Assembly: GCF_964204645.1 (NCBI RefSeq)
Contig: NW_027437437.1
Span: 62,001-126,000, forward strand
Reading direction: 5' to 3'
DNA: 64,000 bases
From: Tubulanus polymorphus
Lineage: Eukaryota > Animalia > Nemertea
The notes under the pieces were generated by a model. That model had not been told where the DNA came from. It saw nothing but the letters and a program-made list of their open reading frames with translations, and did not search any database. The position numbers and the translations under genes are program-made. The stretch's first letter is position 1. Each line of letters opens with the position of its first letter. Below are positions 49,832 through 63,887 of this stretch, piece after piece.

Positions 49832-52041
49832 CGATGAAGGTACTGAGAGAAACAACTGTCGGACATTTTTTTAAATATTTTGGTTACATAAGGGACTTTT
49901 CGATTCACTTCTACCAATTCGGGAATTTGCATTCGTTCCAAGACACGACGGTCAATTTATGGTGGATTTATGTTAAATCCTGTATAAGATTATTCTATAA
50001 TAACATATTTGTAGTTCGAAAGATTATAACAATCACAGGTAAGAATGGACATAGATATCAACGTGTGTTTATCGTAAATGAAACATGCCTAACTTTCTCG
50101 TAAATCCATTGTTGCGCGCTCCATCGACGCATTGATGAAGCTCGCGCGCTATTGAGTTTTGTGTTAGTGATTTGATTTAAACGGCAGTTAATCTTCCATG
50201 ATGTTTTATTGTAAAAAGTTGAGTATTAATAAATTTACTTTAGAATAATGTGATTCTCGTGATGTAAAAATCATTTTCCAACTGCAGAGAAAAGTTTTTC
50301 CAATTTAACCGTAAAAATTGATCGGTAAAGTCAATTGTTTTTCCCATTACGGGCACGCGTTGAGTGGTGTCTTAGTGTGTTTGGCTGTCAATAGATGGAG
50401 CAAAAATGCATCTTATGCATGAGTTGACTATACAGTTGCCATATATGGATCTCTACGGTCACAACAGTGTAAGACAAATTCGGATAGTCGCAGATTTGAT
50501 TTTTCCAATTTAGAGCCAAAAACCAGATCTGTAAAAATCAGAAAAATTTTAAGGTTTTAAATGGACGCTTAAAATCACGAATTTGACGACACCGTGGACA
50601 CGCCATGCAATTTTTGCCTCATAAATCCTATGACATCATCACACTTCCCATTTAATGAAAATCTCATCTGGAATAGGCTCGTCCCTAAGAATATAATATT
50701 CTCAAATGATTTTTTCAACCGTAGGCCCTAATTTTCTTGGTTTCCGTCCACCTCGTCAATGCCGATACCGCACCTTCCCCCTCATGACCCTATTTAAATC
50801 ATTTCAAAAACTTACTGATAATTATTAGACCGATAATTACTCTTAAAATGATAATTCATGTAGTATATTGCATTCAAAAAAACTGTTTTCATTCAAACAC
50901 TGTATTAAAACAAAACGTATAGCGCGAGCGCGCGGCGCGCCCCAATATATGAGCACTGGATGTGCTGCCAGCATGGTGACTGTAGCGTGTATGTGATGGT
51001 GTTTGTAGGCCTCTATACATCAGTAATCTGCATATCGAGCGCTTAGCCCCGTGTACACTGACTTACACTGACATCACGAGTGGGCTGACTGTTGCTACGC
51101 ATTGAATTGTCTTCAGTAAATAAATATCCGTACACCATACAACTCGGCGATAATCGATAACATTAAAGACTTCCAAAGACAGGCTTTCAAATTTAAAGAT
51201 TCTAGTATTTCCCCAGCAACATAACAATTCAAAAACCTTCATGGAATTTAAAGACCGCTACGGACCCTGGTATTAGGCTATTCCATCACATTTTGTCCAA
51301 AATCAGTTTTTGAAAAATAAATCCTTTCCAAAATTGTTAATATTGAATCCACCATCTGATCCAGATAAATGTAATTAAGAATACATGTAATATAAGCAAA
51401 CATTTTATTTTTAAAAACAGAAAAATAAATATATAAATACAAACATTAGTAACTATTTTGAGACAGAATACATAACACAGAATGGACAGAATACATAACA
51501 CAAAATGAAAGACAATTTCATCAATTAATATCAGTTACATCATTATACTCTTCTCTCATGAAAGGGGTCATGCATTTAATATGTCTTATGTATTTAGAGA
51601 TCTCAGGACCCACCCTCTCCGAGCCATGCATATACATACTAAATCGATGGTTCCACAAAATCATCACATTTTTACAACAATTGGTCAAATTCCAGATAAT
51701 TTTTGGAAAAATAATTTAAGTTCGTACGTTCAAATTAATTTCTTACTACATGTACAAAAATTCTGAAAATGGGTGTCTGCACCTTCAAAATCATCGCATT
51801 TTTACACTATAATCAAAATAATTTTGGAAGTATGCATGTCAAAATCCCGAAATCAGGAAAAATTGGCAACACTCGTGAAAGAAAGAAAAGGGCACCAATC
51901 ATTCATGATGGCTATTTTCTTAGCCCAACCACTGATTCGCAGGGCTTTCGTACCTCATTTTGAATTACTAGGCTTTAATAACTCTCTTTTCATCAAGAAT
52001 AATTTCTTCAAGGGTTCACAGGTTGTACGCATACTTTTAAC

Positions 52042-54535
52042 CGGTTCCTGAACTTCGCTGAAAAAGCTGAAACACTGAAACGCTTAATATTCGCACATTC
52101 GAATATAGCAGAAAGTAAGATAAATCATCCAAGCTTTAATTATAATCTTATAATACATTATATTAATACCGCCTAGAAATATGGAACATTGAATTGAAAC
52201 TCACCAAACAGGGTAAAGAAACTATGGGTTGATTTTCTGATGTTTTCTTTACCGCTTTACATTTAACACACGTAGCTGTAAAAAACCAAATGAATCTTGC
52301 TGTCAAACTTTAACAGACTTATTTACACACAAACTTATCCAATCTAATGGATCTCATAATCTATGCACTAGTCTATTTTAAATCTAAATCATATGAATAC
52401 AACATTCAAGGCTAGGGTGGAAAATGTCTATGGTATGGATGTCAATTAATACTCACTTGTTCCGGTCCAGCTGCTTTGAAAAATCTCTAGCAACGAACTA
52501 AAATGTACAATTAAATCATCATACAATATTCTGGCCAAACAGGTTATGGTATAAGGATTTATGTCCTTTGGAAGGATTCAACTTGACAAAGCCACAGCCA
52601 ATAAAGTTAAAAAATCATTCGGAATTAATGTTAACTGTTCCTATAACATGTGCGTATGAGATTCACCTATTAGAACTAATTTTTACAAAGCTAAAAAATT
52701 GCTCTGAAGTGCTTCAGATATATAGAACGAACCATACACCAATTACAGTTAAAATTAGACTAAATACTTACGGCTCCTGATTATAAATTATTCTGAATAG
52801 CCCTGTAAGAAACTCTTCAGCATCTTGCTGATGACGAATATTGCCACCAGGAATAATGTCTGAAAGCAATGAAAGGTAATTAAAGCACCAAACTGCAACT
52901 TTTGCATGAAACAACTGTAACAACTTAAATGCCCTTATCTTATACTAAATAAATTTGAGCCTATGCCCTAGTAGTCGGAATTGACCTTGGATATTGCACT
53001 TATCAGCCAAAGCCTAACTAGATATCGACTGTTCGAATTTAAATGCATTCTTCATACAGTTTAAAAGATGAATTAAGACTTACCATTTACCAGATAAAAA
53101 AGCTCTTCGTGATAGCCACTAAAGCAGTGGTCAAGTATACAAAGGATGCAATCATCCACTACACCTACAACAAGAACATGAAAATTAATCGATGTTGTAC
53201 TTGCTGCAAGACTACATTTTATATTATCGTTGTATGTACATGTATCTTAAAAAACCTTGAAATTACACTGCATTAAATTGTTTCTTATTAACATCTTCTT
53301 TTATCTTCTTTTAATTACTTCAATTTACTCCAGCTGACCACGTAACACACAAGGTCCTATTATCGATACAGGCCTACCTGTTAATATTTCAGGTCATACT
53401 CACAATCAACTGTGCTGCTGTGTGCAAATATACGCTCCCTAAAACATGGCAAGGCCTTCAAACATTGAACTATGGCATTCAAGTAACAACTACTTGCATT
53501 TAGATTGCTTAGCCCTTTAGGTTCCATATTTAGCAGAATTGAAAGTAAACACGTTTTCTCATCAATTGGGTTGTAGATAACTGTGCTTCAATTATCTGTA
53601 TATGATCATGATAATCAGACATATCAATATCATTATTCATATATAGGCCAATTTACCAGGCGGCATATAGCTGGCTTAGAGAAAATATTTCCACTCGAAT
53701 TAAATTCACGTTTATTTCATAATTTCAGTCAGATAAACCAACTTGAATCAAATCGACCTTCGTCGTTTTCCGAACTTTTCCATACCACAGGACCAAATTG
53801 CGATGTCAATCTCTAAACAGCGTATATACACACACCAGCATGGTGCCATAATACGCATGTGTGAACCCGGTGAACTTAGAAAATCCAAAGACAAATGTTA
53901 CAAAAATGGGATTCGGACACGCAAGCACGTGAATGTCATATGCCTTATCCGCATGGGCTACTGTCAAAACCTGATTCTGATTACCTGAAGTATGGAAAAG
54001 TTCATTTACCATCAACCTCAGACTTAGCAAGGAGTAACTTAGCGCCACAACCGACCTACTTCTGGGTGTCCAATGACAAAGAGTACTAGCAATTTTCAAA
54101 ATAATGAACAAATACATTGATTTGAATTGATTTTGCCGGTTAATGAATATTTCATGGCATGCATTATGTCAATGCGAACGGCCTGCAAAACCCGAAATAT
54201 TCAGCGGAATAAATGTGTATGAGTGTTCAAACATGTAAAACACATCAAAAACACATCTACGCAATCCGCAATCGATTAAAAGTCGAACATGAAGACGACC
54301 TTAAGGCATTTCTCTGTAACCGAAGGTGGAGACTAAAACACGGTTCAGGACTCGGCAGCGGACACCGGCCCGGAAATTATTCCAAAACGTGTTTTGTCGG
54401 TACCACGATTTCAGCGTTTTTCGGGAATTCCCTGAAATTTCGGCGTTTTTCGGAAATTCCCTGAAATTTCAGCGTTTTTATTTCAGCGATTCAGCGTTTC
54501 AGTGTTTCAGCTTTTTCAGCGAAGTTCAGGAACCG
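52042..54535. mobile_element. Non-autonomous TIR element with 10-bp TSD (MULE-like)
   Basis: ~43-bp TIR CGGTTCCTGAACTTCGCTGAAAAAGCTGAAACACTGAAACGCT; TACTTTTAAC at 52032-52041 and 54536-54545; ~28-bp subterminal repeats at ~54408-54480. Confidence 0.9.
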
Positions 54536-55916
54536 TACTTTTAACTCCCATTTTCAAAAGTTCAGACCTTAATCCCTCAACACTTTCAGGTACAGGATCA
54601 CATGGAACACAATTTTCCTGTATCTCCTGCAGTATTCTACGCTTTTTTCTTTGAGCCCGGGAGTGCTTTTCCCACAACCAGTAATTTTGATCAGTTTTCT
54701 TATATGCCCTTTTCTTTCTTTCATGGCCAGAGTCCTTTAAATGTTCTATTCTTTTCAGGACCGTTAATACCTCCTTAGTTGAATCAGCCTTACAGGTCTT
54801 AGCCATGTGTAACTTTTTGATAATCGCATTCAACTTTTCTATCCCTTGTCCTGTATACCTTTTGAGCGGACCAAATTTGTCCAAAAAGAAAGGTACATGG
54901 AAAAGAAGCGCATGCATATAGGGTGTGATATTGGCCTTCTTGTATCCCTTCCTTTGAGAACCAAGACTGAGAAAATCAGTAATCCAATTTTTCACATTTT
55001 CAAAGAAAACCAATGGTTCTGGTACATGCGTATCATCAGACAAATATTTGTACAAATCAAAGAAATTAATCCACAGTTGTAATACATCATGTTTTGTCTG
55101 TGCATGCATGACATCTGACCCCTGTAACATCTGAGGTAGAAGTGTCATAATGGTTTTTACATCGGGTCCTTGAACAGATGTCCAATCAAGTTTGCCAGTA
55201 CCTTTATGTGTTAATGGATCTCTGACTTCCCAAATTCTGAAAGTCACACCACATGAGTTTATCAGTTTACAAAGGTTTTGTAGTTTATCTCCTATTGGTA
55301 GTTGATTAGCAGTATCTAGCTGGCCAAGTCTGGCAAAGTCATCAAGATCCTTAACATCAGTGATGATATTACGCAATAATACATCAAATATTCATATTAA
55401 TAGCTCGTCAATTACAATGTTTCCTGGATCTATCTTTAATATAGGTTGAGGGTCTACCCCGTTTTTGGATTCAAGGGCATCATTCACTAAATTATCATAG
55501 GTTCTGACATGAGGATCTTGATGAAAATGATCCCAATTATGATTATGATGTCTGTTGTCTTTGTGCACTTTGCACCATGGACAACTTTGATTGGCTGTAC
55601 TGCCTTTTAAACCACACAACAGTTGTAAAAATTTCATATCGCCAACAATACAATTTCAACCTCATATGATAGACGATTAATAGCCATTATCTTTTGAATC
55701 AATATTTCATTGATTTCATCAATGAGTGGTTTGAAACCGTTCTTGATAGACTCATACGATTCAGACTGGTTAAGAATTGCAATAGGAATAAGTACACCTG
55801 GGTTTGCCCCTTCTTTCAGAATGGCAAGTGACATAGTTAGGAAACTACTAACACGACTCATGTTTGCTCCATCACCACCCAATTGTAAGACAATTTTCTC
55901 AGCAGACTGAAGAGAA

Positions 55917-56050
55917 GGGCCATTCTTAACCAGAAGAGCTACTTGCTCATGGAAACTTATGTAAGCTCCTGGTATTCCCCCAAGGGCCATTCTTAACCAG
56001 AAGAGCTACTTGCTCATGGAAACTTATGTAAGCTCCTGGTATTCCCCCAA
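55917..56050. repeat. Exact 67-bp tandem duplication that frameshifts the transposase
   Basis: GGGCCATTCTTAACC...TATTCCCCCAA twice. Confidence 0.92.
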
Positions 56051-57343
56051 CAGCCCTATGCATAGAATATATATCTGACAGAGATTCCCTACATTGAACT
56101 ATAAGTGACTTCTTTGGTAATTCTGAATCAAGAACGGTCAATTCATGGAAGACAGCATCGCTGATACAAAATGAGTCTAGCACATACAAAATATTGTTCA
56201 ATTTGTCCTTCACGGAGTCGGACAATTTCTCATAACTACCTATGTTCCTGCTGTTGTCAGATTTCAAATTGATATTATGCTCGTTAGTTCCACAAGTTAC
56301 AATCAAGGAGTCAATTTCCAATATGTTTCCATAAACCATAGAGCCCTTTCAATTTCCCCATGTAGCGAATGAAGTCTACGCTTTTGTTGCCAATCACTAA
56401 GATCATGATATGATTTCCCACTATTTGTCTTGATAGGATTGTTATAAACCTTGTCTAGATAATTACTTAATGATGAGCTCAATCTTTCAATTTCTATTTG
56501 CTGTTCCTGACATTTGGTAGACAAGGAGTGGGTACTGTTTTGATATTCAATGATTGATTCCAAAAGTAGATCAATCCTTCTCTGTAGGTCACAGTTTTTA
56601 GAGGTCAAAATTTTACAATTCTGAACTTGCCCCCCAACAACTAGTTCAGGGGCATATATGCCCATTGACCACACTTTAGCATTCAGTTCCATGTACCTTC
56701 TACCGGACAAGTTCTTGTACTTGTACTTGGTACTTGTTTTTACAGAGTAACAGATTTCTTTGATTCTTTGATTCAGACGTTCAGTATGGTGCAACTGAAC
56801 AACGTTTGGAAGGGCTACATTCAATAATAAAACATAGCTAGCATCTTTGTATTTTTGCTTGAAGTTTAGAGCTTCTTTGATTAGACCATAGTCCATTTGT
56901 AAGCTAAGTACAACATCAGCAGATGTACTGAAACTACATGTTACTAAATTCAATTTGTACATATATTCGATATTTCCAAGAGACATATTGCAAGTTCTAA
57001 ATATGATTGTAAACAGAAGTAAATAACTAACACTCCAGTTCTGCAGTGTAATAAGTACAAAAAATACAAAACCAGTTCTGCAGTTAAACCTTGCCTAACG
57101 CGGACAAACTGGGACTGGCAAAATTGGTCCGAGGTAAGTGAAGTCCAAATAAAGGATAGGAAAAATTACAAAACCACAATCTGCAGTCGAACAATCGCAA
57201 AAAAGACAACTACAAGTTCTGATGTCAAATATTCATGAAAAAAACCACAAATACAGTTCCAATCTGCAGTCTTAAAATGAAATTCTTGAATAAATGACCA
57301 CTCACTACAGCTTGACATTAAAGTCAATTAAGTTCAATACAAA

Positions 57344-59338
57344 CTACGAATTTTCATCATTCAATGTCGCCGTATCGCACGCAATAGTTACACATCGGAC
57401 GATTATTTTCTCGAGTGGGTGATTCTTCCCAAAATCAAGATTTTTGTTCTCATTTACGTAATAAATTCTTCGACTAAACGATAGTTTTGCTTTTAATTCT
57501 ACAGGGAATAGTATTCTGATTCCCTGCCCATGTTTGTTGATACGATAATTCCAAGCAGCGTCGAGTTGTAACTTATCAAAGTCGCGTTTTTGAAGTGACA
57601 AGTATCCATTTTTAAGAAGAGTTCCCTTTCCGTAAAAAACATAACGATAAATATCCAGCGGAAATTCGATGTTTGCCCTTACTACTCCTTCAGTTAGGAC
57701 TAATCTTCTAACAGCTTCAGAAAAACGATCGGACCAAAATGAAATTCGTGTGGGTTCAATATTTGGTTCCTCGTAATTATCAATAAAATGACGTGGCAGA
57801 TGTGAAGACGGCACCCAGGAACAATGAGTTATACTATAAGTTTCCCACTTGACAAGAAAGAAAACCTGAAAAATACAACAATTTTTTTGTACCAGTACTT
57901 CAGCATCTTGATGACATTTAGATCTTATGAAATATATTATTTGATTCTCATCAGCGCCCACTCCGAATTGTAAACACTTAACATAATAGTGACACATAGC
58001 ACTCAAATGAGTTCACATTTATTGATTATTGAAAGCTAGTTCAGTTCAGCAAACATTGACCCATTTTTGTTCAGTGACAAGCGGTTTTGGTTTAAAAAAA
58101 ATCGCAACCTCAATGGGCCTTGCTATTGTGGAGTCGTTTTTAGATGAATATGACGGATATAAAATCATCATAAATAATATATTATATATAATATATAATA
58201 TTATTTCATACAAAATATAAACCTCCCTCTCCAATATGTTGATCACAACTGATGAGAATCAAGTAATTTTTTATGGCCTGCAGAACGTGTGGTATCACTA
58301 AACAGTCATCTCAAAGTTGATGAGGGTTTTCATAATTCATTATTTTCAGCCACAAAATAGGCAACAGTAACAAACCGAAGAACCTTCACCGACAAGTAGG
58401 CCTGCATACGCATAATATGTGCTATTATATGCTGTATTTATTCATAGGAGTTCTAAACATAATTCAAGAATTATGTGTCAATCACAAATCAACATCACCC
58501 TTGATTTCCTCTCAGTATGAAAATTTTGAAGTTTGAAGAAATGTGTAAAACAAGTAGGCTAGGCCTCCCCTCTAGGACAGGTTGTAACTTCTGTTCTCCA
58601 AATCTTACAAAAACAATAAGCACTGAGACTTCTGAGACTTGGCATCTTAAAAAATATAGGGCCATCTAAATTCAATTGACAATAAACACAACAGACCTTT
58701 CCAATGATTTGTGGCAGTATTTGTTGTAAAATTGGGCAACAGCTTCAATTTATGTTTGATAGGTGGCGCTAGCGGTGGCTCGGTTAGCTGTCAGGGCAGC
58801 CACATACCGAATTATAATCCGTGAATTTAAAGACATAAACAGTGCCATCCGAACTCGTAATGGCAATCTACATAATAAATATTGATCTAAAAATGTTTTA
58901 TCAATGTATTTTAATAGTTTTGTGCGTTATGCTTATTTTCTAGATATTAGAACATAATAAATTAAAAATTACGAATATTTTCATTTGGAACCAGGGCATC
59001 CTCGCAGGCGGGTGACTACACTCATACCTTAATTCCATAGGTCTAAATAAGACATTTTAGCCGAATATACAAGCGTAGTGCGCTAGTTTACTTTGTCTCT
59101 TGTTGGGGGCTAAAAGAATGTATTCTTCTTAACTTAACGTTACCTTTCGGCCCTCTGTCTTTCTCGAAATAATTCTTTCAACGTCGTAGTAGCCTAAAGT
59201 CTGTACAGCAGGTTGAGCTTTAACTTTCCTTTCCTTTATTAATGGAAGTTGGATCATCTGTAGGTAATTTTTTGCCTCTAAATTTCTTAAATTGTACGAC
59301 GACAAGGAATTATCGCTGGAATTCCTGGGAGCCGCCAT
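57344..59338 (-). CDS. Two-exon chromodomain protein (exons 59338-59144 and 57865-57344; ~238 aa)
   Basis: Phase-0 splice AAG|gtaacg ... tttttcag|GTT rebuilds YYDVERIISRKTEGRK-VFFLVKWETYSITHCSWVPSSHL; frame open to the stop. Confidence 0.82.
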
Positions 59339-59454
59339 CACTACGATTTCATTGGTTGAGCTCATTGTAGCACGCCACGCAGTGGCGGATAGGTGAAACT
59401 AATCTGCACAGAAAAGTTCGGCATGCTGGTATTTCTTTAATTCCTAATGAATTA

Positions 59455-59784
59455 AGCCGGGCGTAGGTTGGCCTTGCGACGGCTTGCAACTCACTGCGAC
59501 GCCATTCACTGCGACCGTCAGCGACGATTGCGTTGCAACGACTCAACGACCTACGCTCCCTTGTGACTGCCAGCGACAGGGTGCGACCGTCAGCGACGCC
59601 AGTCACAAAAGTCTAATGTTCTACTTTCTGCGACGCAACCATCACAACCGACCTACGCGCTCTTGGGACTGGCAGAAACTAGTCGCACACCACCGCTGAC
59701 AATCGTGTCGCAACCTACTTGAACCCACAATTGCGACGCAATGCGAGGATTGCTTCGCATCGCAAGGCCGACCTACATCCGGCT
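59455..59784. mobile_element. PIF/Harbinger-like MITE (330 bp)
   Basis: TIR AGCCGG..GTAGGT.GGCCTTGCGA and its reverse complement; 3-bp TSD TTA. Confidence 0.88.
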
Positions 59785-59794
59785 TTAGGTTACT

Positions 59795-60300
59795 GCGGAG
59801 CCGCAGAAAGATCTTTTTTGTTCAAAAGACCTTTCGCTCGAAAATCTTTTTGTCGGAACACAAATTTTTTCGCTTGAACCAATTAAATTCTGTTTCGATT
59901 GAACCAATTTAATACAAAAATCGTTAGAACAAAGTTGTGTTCGTTCGAACAAACTTTTTTTTGTCCAAACGAAAGGTTTTTCGTTCGAACAAGTATATCG
60001 TAAAAAGTTTTTTGTTCGAACCAAAAGTATAAAGCATTTCGTTCAATCGAACAGAATTATTTTCATTCAAACGTTCGTTCGAAAAAAATGGTTTTCGCTC
60101 AACAATTTTTTTTTGTCGGGACAAAAAGTTTTTCATTTCAACTATAGCAATTTTTTGTCCAAACGAAGAAAAGTTTTCGTTCCAACAAAAAGCATGTTGT
60201 TCTATCAAATAGAATTGTTTTCATTCGAACGAGATTTTAGAACATTAAGTTTCGTTTTGTTCGAACAGATATATTGTTTCATCGAAGCATTTTACGAGCT
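59795..60300. repeat. Degenerate TTCGAAC-rich short tandem array
   Basis: Many (GT)TCGAAC units with A/T tracts; starts with mini-palindrome TGCGGAGCCGCA; probably a subterminal array of a DNA element. Confidence 0.65.
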
Positions 60301-62977
60301 CATAAAAAATAAAAAATAAATTCTCGCACGCTCGAATTTATTTGTCATTTTTTACTCACTCGCCCCTTCAACCTTTAACCTGAACCCCTATTATCCCTAT
60401 TACTCTTAAAATATTCATATATATGAATAACATATAAATCTAAAATCAATTTTAATAAAAAATTTGATATTAAAATGGAAGCAAATAAGAAGTACTACTG
60501 TCCAACATGTAAAATCAATATAGATAAATCCCAAAAAGCAAGACACAATAAAACTAGAACACATTTAGAAAATAAATTAAAATTAAAAATATAAAGATGA
60601 TATATTAGAAACTAAATTAGAAGAATTAAAGAATGAAAAAGAAACATACAAATGTGATACATGTAATCAATCATTCAGTGATTAAAGATATTATAATGAA
60701 CATTTAAAATCTAAAAGTCATATGAGAAATATGAATAATGATATTTTAGGTGAAGATTATTTTGATAATGACAATGATAAGAAACATAAGACAATCAAAT
60801 TACCAAATACAAAAGGTGATAAAATTGTACATTATACATTAGAACCTTTGTATTCATTAAAAGATTATGATTCAAATGGTGTTATAGATATATTATGAAA
60901 ATCATTATATGTGGATAAAACAAATCGATTTATTTTTTAAAACAGAAAATAACCACAATAAAATATATCTATGTAGAAAATGTTTACATAGATTCAGTAA
61001 TGAAAGGACATTATTAAATCATAAGCAATTATGTGATAATCATGATTATTGTAAAATAGTTTTACAAAATGAAAAGGATAAAATATTAGAATTCAAAAAA
61101 TATGATTACAAGAATAAAGTACCATTTGTAATATATGGAGATTTTGAATCACTAAATAAGGAACTAACTGATCAACTAACTGATCAAGATAGAAAAGAAA
61201 TATATTATAAAAGAAAGAAACTAAACTATGAAAATGATTTTTCAGAAGAACTACCAATAACAAATACTATTAAAAAGATTCATCAATCAGCAGCAGCTTT
61301 TCGATTATATATTAAATCTGATTACCCAGAACTAATTAAATGTGAATATTATAATTACAGAAATGAAAGTGTTATCAATCATTTTTGTGACTTATTAATC
61401 GAGTATGAAATAAAATTTTATGAAAAGTTAAATGAAAATAAAGAAATAATTATGACAGAAGAAGATAAAGAAGAATTTGAGTTTGCAGATAAATGTTATT
61501 ATTGTGAAAAGATATTTAATTATAAAGATAAAAAGTAAGAGACCATGATCATTTGAATGGAAAGTTTAGAGGCGCAGCGCATGAGAATTGTAACTTACAA
61601 GCTAAGAAAATTAACTTTGTTCCAGTAATATTTCATAATTTATCAGGATATGATGCTCATTTATTCATCAAACAGTTATGCCATAAAATAGAACAAATCA
61701 ATAATGAAATAGAAAGATTAAATTCAAATAGATCAAAAGATAAAATACCGACATATAAATTTAAAATGTTAGCTAAAACATCTGAGAATTATATATCCTT
61801 CCAATTCGGGTGTCTAAGATTTATAGATTCATATAGATTTTTAGGTAGTTCATTAGATAATTTATCAAAATCATTAGTTGATGATGAATTAAGAATATTA
61901 AAGCAACACTATCCAAATAATGATGATTTTCAATTAATGAGATATAAGGGAGCGATAGCATATAGTTTTTATAAAAATCATAATGATTTTAACATAACTG
62001 AATTATTAAAAGAACAGTTTTATGATGAATTAAAAAATGAATATGTTAAAGATGAAGTATATAATAGAACATTGAATATTTGGAATCATTTTAAAATAAT
62101 AAATCATGGACAATTAGTAGATTTGTATTTAAAATCGGACGTATTATTATTAACTGATATATTTGAAAGGTTTAGAGATGTAAATCTAAAATATTTTAAT
62201 ATTGATCCTTGCCATTGTTATTCATCACCAGGATTAACTTGGGATTGTGGTTTAAAATTTACAGATTTAAAAATGGATTTGTTAACAAATATAGATCAAT
62301 TATTATTATTTTAAAAATCTATAAGAGGAGGTGTTTCAGGTGTATTAGGGGATAGATATTTCAATGTAAATGATAACCCTGGATATAAATAATATATCAT
62401 ATATAGATGCAAATAATCTAGTTGGGCAAGTAATCTGGTTGGGCAATGATGGAACCACAACCTTATAGAGTAATTGAAATAAGTGAAGTTTTACAACATG
62501 AAAATAATGATAAATTTGATTGGAAGAAAATAATTCTAGATATTGCAGATGATTCAGATACTGGTTACTTCTTTGTTGTAGACTTGGAATATTCTGAAGA
62601 TAAAAAATTTAAATTTAGAAATCTAGCATACTGTCCCGAACATAAAACTGTTACGCATGAAGAATTATCAAATTATCAAAAAAGAATTAAACCTGAAAAT
62701 CATGTTCGTACAGAAAAGTTAATGGTAACTCAGGAAGATAAATATAATTATGTAGTGCATTATGTTGAAGTTTTATTTGAATCAAGGAATGGTTCTAAAA
62801 AAAGTGCATAGATATATTTCATTTAGTCAATCTAAATGGTTAGAAAAATATATAGATTTTTACACCAAACAGAGAACTAAAGCTAAAACTGATTTTGAGA
62901 AAGATTTCTTCAAACTAATGAATAATGCATTCTATGGTAAGACTTGTGAAAATATTAGAAATAGAAATGATATTGAG
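60295..62977 (+). mobile_element. Polinton copy C: partial left TIR (copy-A-type hairpin) and truncated polB
   Basis: 60295-60404 is the reverse complement of most of 28294-28445; polB homology ends at 62977. Confidence 0.92.
60475..62977 (+). pseudogene. pPolB fragment with ~0.8-kb internal deletion at ~60797
   Basis: Jumps from the equivalent of ~31618 to ~32397; same exonuclease, endonuclease VII and KLMNNAFYGK motifs as copy B. Confidence 0.92.
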
Positions 62978-63034
62978 GAGAGAATCCCACAATGATAATA
63001 AAAAGTCCGAAAATGAAACTTCGAGATAGTAGTT

Positions 63035-63078
63035 TATTTCAACGTTTCGACTATATCCTAATAGTCATCTTCAGGAAT
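63035..63078 (-). ncRNA. Minimal type I hammerhead ribozyme motif
   Basis: Minus strand TTC-CTGAAGA-T-GACTAT-loop-ATAGTC-GAAA-CGTT-GAA: conserved core, 6-bp stem II, palindromic AACGTT in place of stem III. Confidence 0.72.
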
Positions 63079-63389
63079 AATGAGATACTACAGAAATTAT
63101 GAGATATATATACAATCCAGAGACAAAGAGACTAATTCAAGTAATCAGAGATGATACAAACTAAAGGAAAATTAACGTAGAAACAGTTACACTCTAAAAT
63201 AGATTAAAGGGAAGCAAACTAAGGGGTGATTATAAACAACAATAGTGAGTATAAATATAAATGAAACTTAAAGTCAGTAGTAAAAAGAAAGACAAACTAG
63301 GGGGCACTTAAATTAAAACAAAGGTGAATACAAGTTAAGTCAGAGACGAAATTGATGAGAGAACAAATAACAAATAATCAAAGGGGAAA

Positions 63390-63887
63390 TCAAGTGTTGA
63401 GTTTAACCAGTTTACAGAGGAATTTTGATATAAGTTTATTATGGGGTGAAAAACCATTGTTAAGGTTTACAACGTTGTTCGAATTTTCAATAATTAATGC
63501 AGATTCCAAAATATGTCTTCTAGTTTTATCGCTGCAAGGGTAAACTAATTCAGCATGAGCAAAATCAAAATTGTGTGAAGTCTGAAAAACATGACTAGCA
63601 ACTCCGCTTTCAGGTTTAAAGTTTTTTACATCTAATTTATGCTCTTTTATGCGTTGATTAAGATTCCGACCTGTTTCTCCTATATATACTTTGTCGCAAA
63701 CTTTACAAGGTATTTTATAAATTCCACAGTTTAGGGATTCGGTTTTCGGTTTGTTGTTAATCAATATGTTACTAAGTTTATTATTGTATTTAAAGATGAG
63801 TTGTTTATTTAGTGACCGAAGAGAAACTTTAGAATTCTCGAGGAAAGGTACATACGGTACAATGATAGGCTGTTTATCGGTAGCCAA
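63390..63887 (-). pseudogene. Penelope RT C-terminus plus GIY-YIG endonuclease fragment
   Basis: GIYKIPCKVCDKVYIGETGRNLNQRIKEH...H...HNFDF...R.ILES..I...LN.G. Confidence 0.93.

Larger units (their letters stand above)
51955..56986 (-). pseudogene. RAG1-core/Transib-like DDE transposase, frameshifted; C-terminus interrupted by 52042-54535
   Basis: GGDG, (V)GDMKFL...GL.G.....CPWC, IDEL, TPYMH...HV, TGQGIEKLN parallel the RAG1 catalytic-core motif order; removing the insert restores ...GVKSMRTTCEPLKKLFLMKRELLKPSNSK*. Confidence 0.8.

Noticed and set aside
49417-51300. Possible host exons or further transposon remnants
   Set aside because: Short ORFs with no recognisable motif and no paired TIR/TSD that I could establish.
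51955-59338. A true RAG1-RAG2 (ProtoRAG) locus
   Set aside because: No kelch/PHD RAG2-like ORF, genes are tandem rather than convergent, and no RSS-like CACAGTG termini were found by eye.
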